From Octopus sinensis (lineage: Eukaryota), in NCBI RefSeq assembly GCF_006345805.1, contig NC_043021.1:1426001-1490000 (forward strand): 64,000 nt of DNA. Reading direction: 5' to 3'. The notes under the pieces were generated by a model. The model saw only the letters and a list, made by a program, of their open reading frames with translations. It had not been told where the DNA came from and ran no database searches. Below are positions 38,130 to 49,445 of this stretch, piece after piece (position 1 is the first letter of the stretch; each line of letters starts with the position of its first letter). The position numbers were made by a program, and so were the translations under genes.

Positions 38130-39300
38130 ACTAGAGAGAAGACTATATTGGTTAGGATGTGATGTGTATGAATGAGGACAGCTGCATAAATAAGTGCCAA
38201 TTACTGAAAGTGGATGGCACCTGTGGATGGGGGAGACTCAGGAAGACATGGGACGAAGTGGTAAGGAGTGATCTCAGGAAATTGGGCCTCACAGAGAAAA
38301 TGACAATGGACCGAGATGTCTTGTGATATGAAGTTCTTGAGAAGACCTGCCTATGTCAGCAAAACTGAGTCCTAAAAGCAGTGTCCCAGCCACACTTATG
38401 GAAACTTCCCACAAACTCTACCACAACAAACCAAACTATGTCTCCACATTTCTCTTCCTCACATTTCTGCTTCATGTACCAGGCATACCTCCCACTCCCT
38501 GATCCTATCCTCTTGACCCTCTGTCACTGTATCATTTGCCCCTGACCTGTGTTCAACCCACACACCCTGTCTCACTGTATTATTGCTATTTGCTAGCCCA
38601 CGACTTGTATGTTCCACCTATACATAACAAGATCCCTCACCCTACCCTAACAAACTAATCTACATCTCCACATCTCTTTCTCTCATTTCCTCCTTCATAC
38701 ACTATGCCTAGCTCTCACTCTCCAATCCTGCCCTCTCGACCCAGTTCCTCTATATCATTGTTATCTGGTAGCCCCCCCCCCCATCTATATATACCCAGGT
38801 TTTTCACCACTTACTCTCTCTTTAATCATACTTCCTTCGCAACATTCTACCACTTATATTATGGTGTTGGAATCTCAAGGGTACGCCCTGCAACTTGCCA
38901 CCATTTATATCTCTCTCTTACTTTACTCAACCATCCCATTTATATTCTGATCCCTGTTCCTTGTGAGTATGCCTAGCATTTTGCCACCATCTCTATCCTG
39001 CTGTCTCCAACTCTTTCCTGCACTTCCCTCAGGTTGGGTAACTGCATATTTCCTTTGATCTCTCTCCCATCAGGTGGCCAGGTAACCTTGTACTTCCTCG
39101 ACAGCAAAGAAACCTCAATCTGTTTCACTATAACCTTTCATTATCCAACACAAGATCACCTCCTCCAATGCCTCCTTCCCTCCAGAAAGTTTTTTTTTTT
39201 TATTTTGTCATGCAAGTACTTGGTGGTAGTTGGTGTTTGGAAGGACACCCGGCTGTAAAAAAACTTTCCAAAACTGACATTGCTTGTGCCACATAAAAAG
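38130..39300 (+). mobile_element. RTE LINE 3' fragment with long CT-rich UTR
   Basis: GRLRKTWDEVVRSDLRKLGLTEKMT remnant at 38230-38310; homologous to 255-1575. Confidence 0.8.
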
Positions 39301-39620
39301 CATGACTGACCTTCCCTCTGTCACATAAAAAGCACTACTGACCTAGCCTGTGCTTGTATCACATAAAAAGTACTACTAACCATGACTGTGCTTGTGCCAC
39401 ATAAAAAGCACTACTGACCTTGCCTGTACTTTTTATGTGGCACAAGCACAGGCAAGGTCAGTAATGCTTTTTATGTGGCACAAACAAGGTCAGGAGTGCT
39501 TGCGACACAGGCAAGGACAGTAGTGTTTTTGACCTTGCTGTGCTTGTGCCACATAAAAAGCACTACTGACCTTGCCTGTGCTTGTGTTACATAAAAAGCA
39601 CTACTGACCTTGCTCATGTC
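39270..39620. repeat. ~37-bp minisatellite with an internal inverted block
   Basis: gccacataaaaagcactactgaccttgcctgtgcttgt units; ~39430-39530 in reverse orientation. Confidence 0.8.
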
Positions 39621-40152
39621 TGAGCTGAAAGTACTGACAAACCTTCCATAACCATAATAATAAATAAATCTTGTGCTGCATAATCCATGTTTTCTGTTAT
39701 AGTGTACATTTTTAATCAACAAGAATCTAAAAAATTGATTTGAAAACAATAGAGCATTGTTACAATACTCTGTTGTTTTCTACTCAAAAACTAGACAACC
39801 AACATATTCCAAACCTGACACTAGTTATGTTCTGCATCTATCACCAAGATATTTTATTCTCAATAGCTAGCAAGCTTATGATTGATACCACACATGTTGC
39901 AGGTGATCATACAATAAGAGGTGGCACCACTACAATTTTTTTGTTAATACAGTTACATTTACAGTAATAAATTGTTATCCTAATCAAAAGTAAATTTCAT
40001 TTTTATCTAAGATTATGTAGCAGCTTACATCTCCATAAACAAATTGTTGCAATAGAAGGGTGTCATGAATAAAGCAATAAAAGTTAACATTCTGAAGCTA
40101 TAAACAGTCATTTTCCAGGTAAACAGATTGACAAAATGGCAATAGAACTTAC

Positions 40153-40209
40153 TTTATGCAGATGGCACCAGAGCATCCCTCGACCAATATTGTCCACAAC
40201 AACATCCAA
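40153..40209 (-). CDS. CDP-alcohol phosphotransferase exon 4
   Basis: ttttgcAG / GTaagt; 57 nt, phase 0-0; LDVVVDNIGRGMLWCHLHK (D3xxxD4). Confidence 0.93.
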
Positions 40210-40504
40210 CTGCAAAAATAAGTTATCATAGTACTAAAAGAGCTTAAAACTTTTATAAAAAAAAAAAAAAAAAAGCAAAAAACCCAATCAGTGGAAATTA
40301 TTAAGTGTGCACATACATTTGGTTGACTGGCAAGAAATAGCAACCAAATCATGACTGATTATCTTCTTAAAAAAAGATAAATCATTTATTGTAGTTCTAA
40401 ATTCAATATATCTGAAAAAGATGAGATGGCCTCATCCGGAGCACCTTTCCTCATTGATTTGATTTGCTTCAACCCTAACTTACATTTAATCATAAGTAAG
40501 TACA

Positions 40505-42330
40505 ATTCATCATCATCATCATTTAACGTCCATGTTCCATGCTAGCCTAGGTGGTTGGTACCACAAGAGCAGGCCAGCATGAAGCCTGCACCAGACTTCT
40601 GTAACTGTTTTGGCAGGCTTTTTACAGCTGGATGCCCTTACTAACACCAACCACTCAGCAGAGTGGACTTAGTGCTCTTTGTGGCAGAAGCATAGGCGAG
40701 GTGAGTGGTGCTTTTTACATGGCACAACCGTCAGTTTTTGGAAGGTTTTTACAGCTGGATGTCCTTCTGAACACCAAACACTTTACAGTGTGGACTGGGT
40801 GCTTTTAAGTGGCACCTGCAAGTACTGGCAAGAAAAACACTTTTAAGAGGGGAGGAGGTGATGATGAAAAGGTTATAGTGAGATAGATACAGGTGTCTTG
40901 CTGTAGAGGAAGTACAAGGTTACCTGGCCAGAGAGAGAGATCAGGAATGAAGACAGAAATAGGTGTGCTACCACAAAGCAAAAACAAGGTTGCCCAACCT
41001 GAGGGAAATACAGGAGAAAGAGGGAGAGAAAGTGAGAGACAGCAGGATGAAGATGGTGGCAACATGCCAAGCTTACCCACAAGGAATGGGGATCAGAATA
41101 TAATTGAGATGGTTGAGTAAAGGAAGAGAGAGATATAGATAGTGGTAAGTGCCAGGACATACCTTTGAGCTTCAAATGCCATAATATGTGACAGGGTATT
41201 GTGAAGGGAGTGCGAGTGAGTGGCAAAAGACATGGGTACATATAGTTGGAGGGGCTACTGGATAGCAATGATACAGAGGAGTGAGGACAGGATTGGGGTG
41301 GGAGAGCTACACATAGTGAATGAAAGAGGAAATACAAGAAAGAGATATAGATTGGTTTGTTGGGGTAGGGTGAAGGAAAAGTTTTCTTGTTATGTGTGGG
41401 GGGAACACTCAGGTCAGGGAATAGCAGATTGGCAATAACAGAGTGAGTGAGACAGGGCATGTGGGTAGAATGCACAGGTCAGGGGCAAGCAGAGAGCAAT
41501 GATACAGTGGCACAGGGCAAAGAGGACAAGTTTGGGGAGTGGGAGGTAATTATAGTGCATGAAGCAGAAATGTGAGGAAGAGAAGGGATTTAGAGACAGT
41601 TTGGTTCGTTGTGGTAGAGTGTGTGAGAAACTTTCTAGTTAAGCGTGGGTGGGACACAGCGTTTCTAGAACTCACTTTTGCTGATGTGGGTGGGCCTTCT
41701 CAAGAAATTTCTATCGCCAGACATCGCACTCCATGGTCATTTCCTTCGTGAGGTCCAGCTTCCTGAGATCATTCCTTATCACTTCATCCCATGTCTTCCT
41801 TAGTCTCCGGCTTCCATGGGTACCATCCACTTTATCCAACTGTCCTCATTCATATGCATCACATGTCCAAACCAACATAGTCTTCTCTTGTGCAGGCTAC
41901 ATTTGATTTCTCTTATGCCCAACTTTTCTCTCAATACATTTGTACTTTGTCATACATGTGCACTGATACTACCTTCATTTCTCTCCAGTCTACGCATGTC
42001 TTCAGCATTCAGAGTCCATGTCTCACTACCATGGAGTATAGCCATTCGTACACAATCATCATATAGTCTACTTTTCATTCTGAGCGAGAGGCCTTTTGTT
42101 GCCAACAGACGTAACAGCTCTCTGAACTTCCACCACCAAATTCTTATTCTAGAAATAATACTTTCAGAGTATCCTCCACCATTGCAAATTTGTTCACCTA
42201 ATTTACAGAAACTACCTACAACCTCAAGAGTCTCCTGGGAATTGGAGAAAATCTAATTCGTGTGTGCTCTTAGTGAGTATTGTTCCTGCACATCTGCCAC
42301 ATACAAAGACTACTCTGTTAATCTACCTGT
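40505..42330 (-). mobile_element. 5'-truncated RTE LINE with long 3' UTR
   Basis: (CAT)n tail at 40508; RT C-terminal remnant on - at 41750-42300. Confidence 0.8.
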
Positions 42331-42405
42331 TAATCTATATGCTATTAATAAGACCGGTTAAAATAACAGTCTCGAAAAAAAAATTTGATCAACAAATAAA
42401 AATAA

Positions 42406-42919
42406 TCTGAAAGCAATAGTAAATCTCTGATCGAGATATAAACAGTAACCGCTCGACAACGTAAGGTGTACTAGCCATCTGAATGTGGCTAGCCACTGGG
42501 GGTGGGGTGTTACTGATGCTTTTAGCCCCAGGCGATCAACGTCACCAGATGGACTTTAGACACTATCTCAGTGCCCTTGTGTTATTTGCAAAGGGAGGTC
42601 ATCCTCCCTCGAAAACCTAAGTACTACATACGGACTATAGTTTCAAGGTAATTGCCTCTCGTCAACGCATGGTAAGCACCGGTCTTTGATGAAGGAGCCC
42701 CCTTGCAAATAATATATAACGTTTTTCACAGCAACCACTATCACTGATTTAGAAAAGCTGTCTGAAAGCAATAGTAAATCTCTGAACGAGATATAAACAT
42801 TAACCGCTCGACAACGTAAGGTGTACTAGCCATCTGAATGTGGCTAGCCACTGGGGGTGGGGTGTTACAGATGCTTTTAGCCCCAGGCGATCAACGTCAC
42901 CAGATGGACTTTAGACACT
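42406..42919 (-). mobile_element. Retrozyme-like / pLTR-like 355-bp tandem unit (1.45 copies) containing a hammerhead
   Basis: 42406-42564 equals 42761-42919 (159 bp, 3 mismatches); the intervening 196 bp holds the hammerhead; no ORF. Confidence 0.7.
42621..42679 (-). ncRNA. Minimal type I hammerhead ribozyme
   Basis: caugcg-UUGACGA-gagg caauua ccuu-GAAA-c uaua g-UC-cguaug; helix I extends gugcu/aguac; predicted cut between 42633 and 42632. Confidence 0.75.
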
Positions 42920-43544
42920 TTGATTTTTCTCTCCCTTTGTAAAGTGAAATGATTGGGTCAGAAAAATATAGTTAGCCCAAGTTACAGCATTGAAAATATT
43001 GAAATTGTTTGAGAACTCATATTGTATCTTTTTATATAGTAAGGAGGGACTATATAATTTTTTTTTCGTCCAACCCATGCTAGCATGGAAAACAGACATT
43101 AAACGATGATGATGATGATTGACTAATGATGACATCATTTTGTATAAAATGTTTGGCTGTAAGTCAGCCAGTCAAACAGATTTCTAATCAAAAACAATTC
43201 CATCCATAGCTACCTATTCTTATTCTAAAGGAATTCATTATTTAACCTGACCATGCAAAACCACACACATAAGCTCAAATTGCATACATCATATAGAAAT
43301 GCAGAGGCTACATTGTATGTATAATAATGTGGAGAATACTGTGTAGATACTACTATTGTTTTAATATACACTTGTCCATGCTTACATGGGTTTGATGGAA
43401 AATGCTGAGGTAGATTTTCTACATCCAGATGTCATTCCTGTACCCAACATTCACCTGTTTCCCCATGGTTGGACATGTTTTTCACAAAAGATTAAAAGAC
43501 AAAATGACCCAAATACCCCTGCACACACGCATATATATATTTTT

Positions 43545-43880
43545 TTCTTTTATTTGTTTCAGTCATTTGATTGCTGCCATGCTGGCGCACCGCCTTTGGT
43601 CGAACAAATTGACCTCAGGACTTATTCTTTATAAGTCTTGTACTTATTCTATTATTCTCTTTTGGTGAACTGCTAAGTTACAGAGATATAAACACACTAA
43701 CATCAGTTGTCAAGAAGTGGTAGGGGCACAAACACAGACACATAAACATATATATATATACATATGTATAAATATATATATGATGGACTTCTTTCAGTTT
43801 ATAGTAGAAGACACCTGCACAAGGTTCCACGCAGTGGGACTGAATGCACAAACATGTGGTTGGGAAGCAAGCATCTTTAT
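43545..43880 (-). mobile_element. tRNA-derived SINE
   Basis: catttgattgctgccatgctgg...gacctcaggacttattc...tatagtagaagacac...gtgggactgaa; homologous to 62260-62400. Confidence 0.7.
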
Positions 43881-44556
43881 TTTATTGAATTTGCCATAAA
43901 GGCAGTATATAGAGTAAGGAAGCTTGCAGGCTGGACATGGACATTAATGAGATGAATAATAATGATACAAGGATGATAAGGATGGGAGAAGACGAAAAGC
44001 ACCTGCCGAATTTTGCTTCTCTAAAACATTGTTCTTTTAAAGTATCATACCAAGGCAATAAACTTCTTACACAGTTAAAAAAAAAAACACATTAATGAGG
44101 CAATAAACCTCTTAAATTTTTTCTATACAAAAAACATTTTGAGGCAATAAACCTCTTACAGAAGTCAATAATTCTTTTTGCTTCTTACATTCGGCTGGAA
44201 ATAAAAGTATGAATTGCAACCACATGCTTTTTCGACGAAAACTGTAGCTTGCGTCACTGACTTTAATATACTGTAATCAACTTGTAGTGAAATATATTAC
44301 GTTTTTTAATTAATATATGATAGTAGACCATTATGAAATAGGACCGGGCATCCAGTCGTAAAAACCATGTAAAAACAGCAAAGCATGTGCAGTCTTCTGC
44401 TTAGCCAGCTCCTGTGAAACTGTCGAACCCATGGCAGCATAGAAAGTGGATGTTAAATAATGATGATGATTCAGCTATGGTGAAGAGAAATATTCTTTAG
44501 TTTCATGATGAATTCTAGTCATGAAAAACAGGGGAGACAACTTCAAAACTTTAATA

Positions 44557-45099
44557 CATATAGATATTTTCGATCTAAATTGGATTCTTTGCCATCAAAT
44601 TTGAATTCTTTGCAATCAAATTTGAATTTTTCAGTTGGTGCTCAAGCCTTGAGCGAGTTAATCTACATCAGCCGTAAGGGAATACATGTCTATCTTATCT
44701 AACTCGTCAGTAGAGCCCACCAATTGATATCTGAAAAGTTTGATGAAATAACTCATGAACACTGCGATAGCTTCTACCAAAAGATGCTCCGTTAGGTCGA
44801 TCAGTCTGAACAAGGGAAGATAATAGAAAAAAGAATCATTCGTTTATTATCTCCCCTTGTTCAGACCGGTCGATGTAACGGAGCATCTTTTGGTAGAAGC
44901 TATTGCAGTGTTCATGAGTTATTTCATCAAACTTTTCAGATATCAATTGGTGGGCTCTACTGGATTAGTTAGATAAGATAGACATGTATTCCCTTATGGC
45001 TGATGTAGTTTAACTCTTTTTTTTTCAAGGCTTGAGTACTAATTGAAAAATTCAAATTTGATGGCAAAGAATCCAAACTAGATCGAAAACATCTATAAG
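44557..45099. mobile_element. Foldback MITE, almost fully palindromic
   Basis: Arms of ~260 bp each reverse-complementary, central loop ~19 nt (gaaaaaagaatcattcgtt); flanked by TA. Confidence 0.85.
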
Positions 45100-45277
45100 T
45101 AATGTGTCATTTCAGACTGCCAAAACGTTAGATTCATTGCACTCATAATTTTCTGCTGACTGTCCAGCATCACACCATCTGTCTTTATTTTCTAAACTGA
45201 ATTGATGGGTACTACAGGGTTAAATAGGTGGTAGACAAACTATTATTGTCTAGTAAAATTAAGATGGCTTCAAATTT

Positions 45278-45510
45278 TTAACTGTTTTGTTACGATATTT
45301 CTTTTGAGATACTTTGTGCTTCTTTCAATTAATTTTAAATATAACAAAGAATTTAGAAAAATTAACTTAGTTATCATTAAGCTAGTGTTAGGAACATAAA
45401 TTGTGACTAAGGTTTGGTGGAAGGTTTTAATTCAGAAATTTTTTGAAAACAAGATAGTTGTACTTCAGAGCCAGGAGCGGTTCTAGACGCATTGGTTTCA
45501 AAAAGGTTAA
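45278..45510. mobile_element. piggyBac-like MITE
   Basis: TTAA at both ends, degraded TIR (..aaaaggTTAA). Confidence 0.45.
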
Positions 45511-46050
45511 ACTTGTCCAACACTACCACAAAACAAAGAAGATTGATATGAATGCCAAGTCTATTCTATTTTCTCATTAATAAAAAGAAAGGAGAAAAAT
45601 TTTGTCACTAATCTCGGATGAGGGCTGGTATTTGTCAATTTGAAATTGTTTGCATACAGCTACTGGTTCTTTCTAAAAATGTAATTTCAATCAAATTTTA
45701 TTGACTTTATGTAAGGACGAACTTTATCATTTGCTTCAGTAATATTTTTTATAGCTTAATAATTGAAATTCACTATCAACAATTTTGAAACCAATGCTAC
45801 AGATCAAAACTGACTTTGCAATCTGGTCTTAACTGCTACCAAAAGCCATTCTGTTACCTTTATACTCTGAATTATGTTCACAAATTTTTGAAAATCACAA
45901 TTTTCTATCTTGTAGTATATAAGTCTAATTCAGATAAACATCATATGAAAGGAAACAAAATGTCTATGAAATCTAAGCATCCCCATAGGTTGAGAAAATA
46001 GTATATATGTTGTGTGAATTACTTTACAGAGAATAAGGAATTTCACTTAC

Positions 46051-46106
46051 TAAACTCCCGAATTCTGATACTTGGTTAAGTTTGCGAGCCATGTAACCAT
46101 CAATAC
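46051..46106 (-). CDS. CDP-alcohol phosphotransferase exon 3
   Basis: ttacccAG / GTaagt; 56 nt; GIDGYMARKLNQVSEFGSL = DGxxAR...G core of the CDP-OH_P_transf signature. Confidence 0.95.
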
Positions 46107-46146
46107 CTGGGTAATGGAAAAGAAAAGAAATTCAAGAAAATATATA

Positions 46147-47446
46147 TCAGGTCATCCCATAAGTTCTGTCCAATCTTACCTTTTTTAAAACTGAATGAAA
46201 TTTAATAGTATTTTAGAATGTCTAATGGAATTAAAAATTATTTTTATGCATTTGTGTACATTTAAACTAATTAAATATTATTTTACAAATAGAATTAAAA
46301 TTTCTTTGATTAAAACCCTTTCTAACATGGAAGTATCCAAAGAGCATTTAAGGCACATAATGCTTTATGAGTACAAAAAAGGAAACTCTGCAGTCGAAGC
46401 GACTCGAAACATATACTCAGTTTATGGGAAAGAATGCTTGAATGAAAGAATTTGCAGAAGATGGTTTGCAAAATTCAAAAGTGGAGAGTTCAGCCTTGAA
46501 GATGAAGATTGAACAGGACGTCCAGTTGAGTTTGATGATAAGCTCCTTGAGGCATTACTTGAAGAAAGTCCTGCATTATCAGTTGAAGAATTGGCAATAA
46601 AACTTACTTCAAACCATACAACTGTTCATCGTCATCTTCAACAACTTGGAAAGATTCCTAAACTTGGAAAATCGGTGCCTCATGACTTGTCCGAAAGCAA
46701 CTGCAAATCCTGAGTTGACATCTGCTCTTCTCTCCATTCTCACAAACTCATTTCACCCTTTTTGGATAGATCTGTGATTGGTGACAAAAAGTAGATCTTC
46801 TCTTGAAATGTTAAATGTTGTAAACAGTGGCTTGGTAAAAGAGAAAAAAACTCAACCAGAACCGAGAAGGGAACTTCATGGAAAAAAGTTTCTTCTCTCT
46901 ATCTGGTGAGATTGCAAAGGAGTAATTCACATTGAATTATTACCACCAAATGCAACAATCAATTCTCAAGTCTACTGTCAGCAATTAGAGCATTTGAACC
47001 AAACTTTGAAGAAGAAAAGACTTACTTTAGTGAATCAAAAAGGAGTGCTGTTTCATCAGGGCAATGTGCGACCCCCACATTGCAAAGATCACATCACAGA
47101 AGATCGAAGAACTTGGTTGGGCTAGGGTTAAGGTTAAAAAATTCCTCATCCAACTTATTCTCCCGACTTTGCTCCTTCAGACTACCATTTGTTTCGTAGT
47201 TTACAGAATCATTTGAGAGACATAACTTTCGCAAGTCAGAATTAGGTCGAAACTGATATTTCAGAGTTCTTCACTTTGAAACCAAAAGAGTATTACATTG
47301 ATGGAATTAAAAAGCTTGTAAATAGATGGAAGGAAGTCATAGATAATCAGGGAAAGTACATTGATGATTAAATTTCAATTAAATATAACATTTGATCACT
47401 TGTTTTCTTTATTAAAACTTCGGACAGAAATTATTGGATGACCTGA
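46147..47446 (+). mobile_element. Full-length dead mariner element
   Basis: TA|tcaggtcatcccataagttctgtcc ... ggacagaaattattggatgacctga|TA; MEVSKEHLRHIMLYEYKKG.., ..YSPDFAPSDYHLF..; internal stops. Confidence 0.92.
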
Positions 47447-47539
47447 TACAATCTTACTCATTTGTGAATAGTAATACACACCACAAATGAAATAACATTA
47501 AGAAGTGGTGCTGGAATCAGCTGCACAGCTATGAAGTGA

Positions 47540-48290
47540 CTGGAAGATCTTTGTTGTGCAGATGATGTAGGACTGTCACACTGCCACCAGGTGATGCAGT
47601 CCTAGGCTATGAAGTTAGCTGAATAGGCAATGAAAATGGGCTTCCAAGTGAACCAGAATAAGACAAATTTTGACACTGAACACTTGTTTGCAGGAACCAA
47701 TTTGAATTGGCATTGAAGCCCTTCTGGACAGCAGAAAGCTTTGTGTGTCTAGGCAGCATTGTCTAAAAGACAGGTGGAACTGAGAAGAATGTGAGGTCCA
47801 GGATCAGTATGGCCTGGTATGCATGCAACAGCTTTTGACCAGTCTGGGATGCCCAAGCCATTTCCTTTAAAATAAAGCTCCACATCTTCAGTTCCAATGT
47901 CAAGACTGTTCTATATGGGTCAGAAAAGCCAAGGGTCACCAAAACCATAAAGAGTAATATACAGACCTTCATAAATAAATATCTATGCTACAGTCTCAAA
48001 ATCTGGTGGCCAGACAAAATTTCAAACAGAAGTCTGTGAGAAAGAATGAAACAAATTCCCATCAATCAAGAAATTCTGAAAAGGAAATCACACTCTAAGA
48101 ACTCAAAGCAGCATTGCAAGACAAGTGTTAGACTGGCAACTTGAATGAAGGAGGAAGGTCAGACAACCTAAGAAGATCTGGAAAGGATGCATGAAGGATG
48201 AAGTGAAAGCAATCAGTCTCTCTTGGTCTGAAATCAAAGATGTAGCCCACTGGCATGAAATAGTCACAGCCCTATGCTTAGAGTAATGTG
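47540..48290 (+). pseudogene. Degraded RTE-clade LINE RT C-terminal half (different family)
   Basis: ..ADDVGL.., ..KLHIFSSNVKTVLYGSE.., ..IWWPDKISN.. remnants. Confidence 0.65.
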
Positions 48291-48332
48291 GACTAATTAA
48301 AACATATCACATACTTTATATAATTATTATCA

Positions 48333-48450
48333 TTGGTGAGCTGGCAAAAATATTAGTGTATTGGGCAAAATGCTTATTAACATTATTTCCAGTTCTTTAC
48401 ATTCTGAGATCAAATTCTGCCAAGATCAACTATGCACTTCATCCTTCTGT
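48333..48450 (+). mobile_element. tRNA-derived SINE head remnant
   Basis: ggtgagctggca (A-box-like) ... gagatcaaattc (B-box-like) ... cttcatccttc. Confidence 0.45.
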
Positions 48451-48464
48451 GGAATCCTCATCAT

Positions 48465-49445
48465 TGTCGTCATTTGACATCCGCTTTCCATGCTGGCATA
48501 GGTTGGACTGAGGACTGACAAGCCTGAAGGCTGTACTAGGCTGCAATGTGATCTGGCAAAGTTTCTACAGCTGGATGCCCTTCCTAACACCAGTCACTCC
48601 AAGAGTGGGTGCTTTGTATGTGTCACCAGGCAGGTAGTACTGGCATTGACCATGCTTGGATGGTGCTTTTTATGTGCCATCAGCATGGGAACCAGTCGGG
48701 CAGCACTGACAATGACCATGTTTGAATGGTGCTTTTTATGTGCAACTGGCACAAGAGCCAGTCAGGCAGTACTGGCATCGGCCATGACAATGACTTCACT
48801 TGACTCAACAGGTCTTCTGAAGCACAGTTCATTGCCCAATGATTGAAGGCTATTCTTAAATGGGCATAGGCCACAGTTACGGTCTCACTTGGCTAGCTGT
48901 CTTCTCAAGCACAGCATATCTCCAAAGGTCTCAGTCACTCGTCATCACCTCCATGAAGCCTAACGTTCAAAGGCCGTGCCTAACCACCTCATCCCAGGTC
49001 TTCCTGGGTCTACCTCTTCCACAAGTTCCCTCTACTGCTAGGGTGTGACACTTTTTCACACAGCTGTCCTCATCCATATGCAATACATGACCATACCAGT
49101 GCAGTCATCTCTCTTACACACCACATCTGATGCTTCTTAAATCCAACTTTTCTTTCAGGGTGCTTACACTCTGTCGTGTATGCACACTGACATTACACAT
49201 CTAGCGAAGCATACTAGCTTCATTTCTTGCACGATTGCAAGTCACGATTGCAGTCATGGCCTATGTTTCACTGCCATGAAGTGTAGCTGTTCACACACAA
49301 TCATCATACAGTCCACCTTTCACACTGAGGGAGAGACCCTTTGTCACCAGCAGAAGTAGGAGCTCTCTGAACTTTGCCCAGGCTATTCTTATTCTAGCAG
49401 CTACACTATCAGAGCATCCACCCCTGCTACTGACTTGGTCACCTA
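48465..49445 (-). mobile_element. RTE LINE 3' fragment
   Basis: Same ORF end and 3' UTR module as 54775-57076. Confidence 0.8.

Noticed and set aside
40873-41475. 200-aa minus-strand ORF and similar S/L/P-rich ORFs (777-1336, 24959-25270, 51895-52290, 63142-63498)
   Set aside because: Arise from CT-rich LINE/PLE 3' UTRs; no domain similarity.
46195-46512. Possible intact or domesticated mariner (SETMAR-like) gene
   Set aside because: Ends in TGA after the HTH region, and the downstream transposase has several stops and frameshifts; same for 11647-11850.
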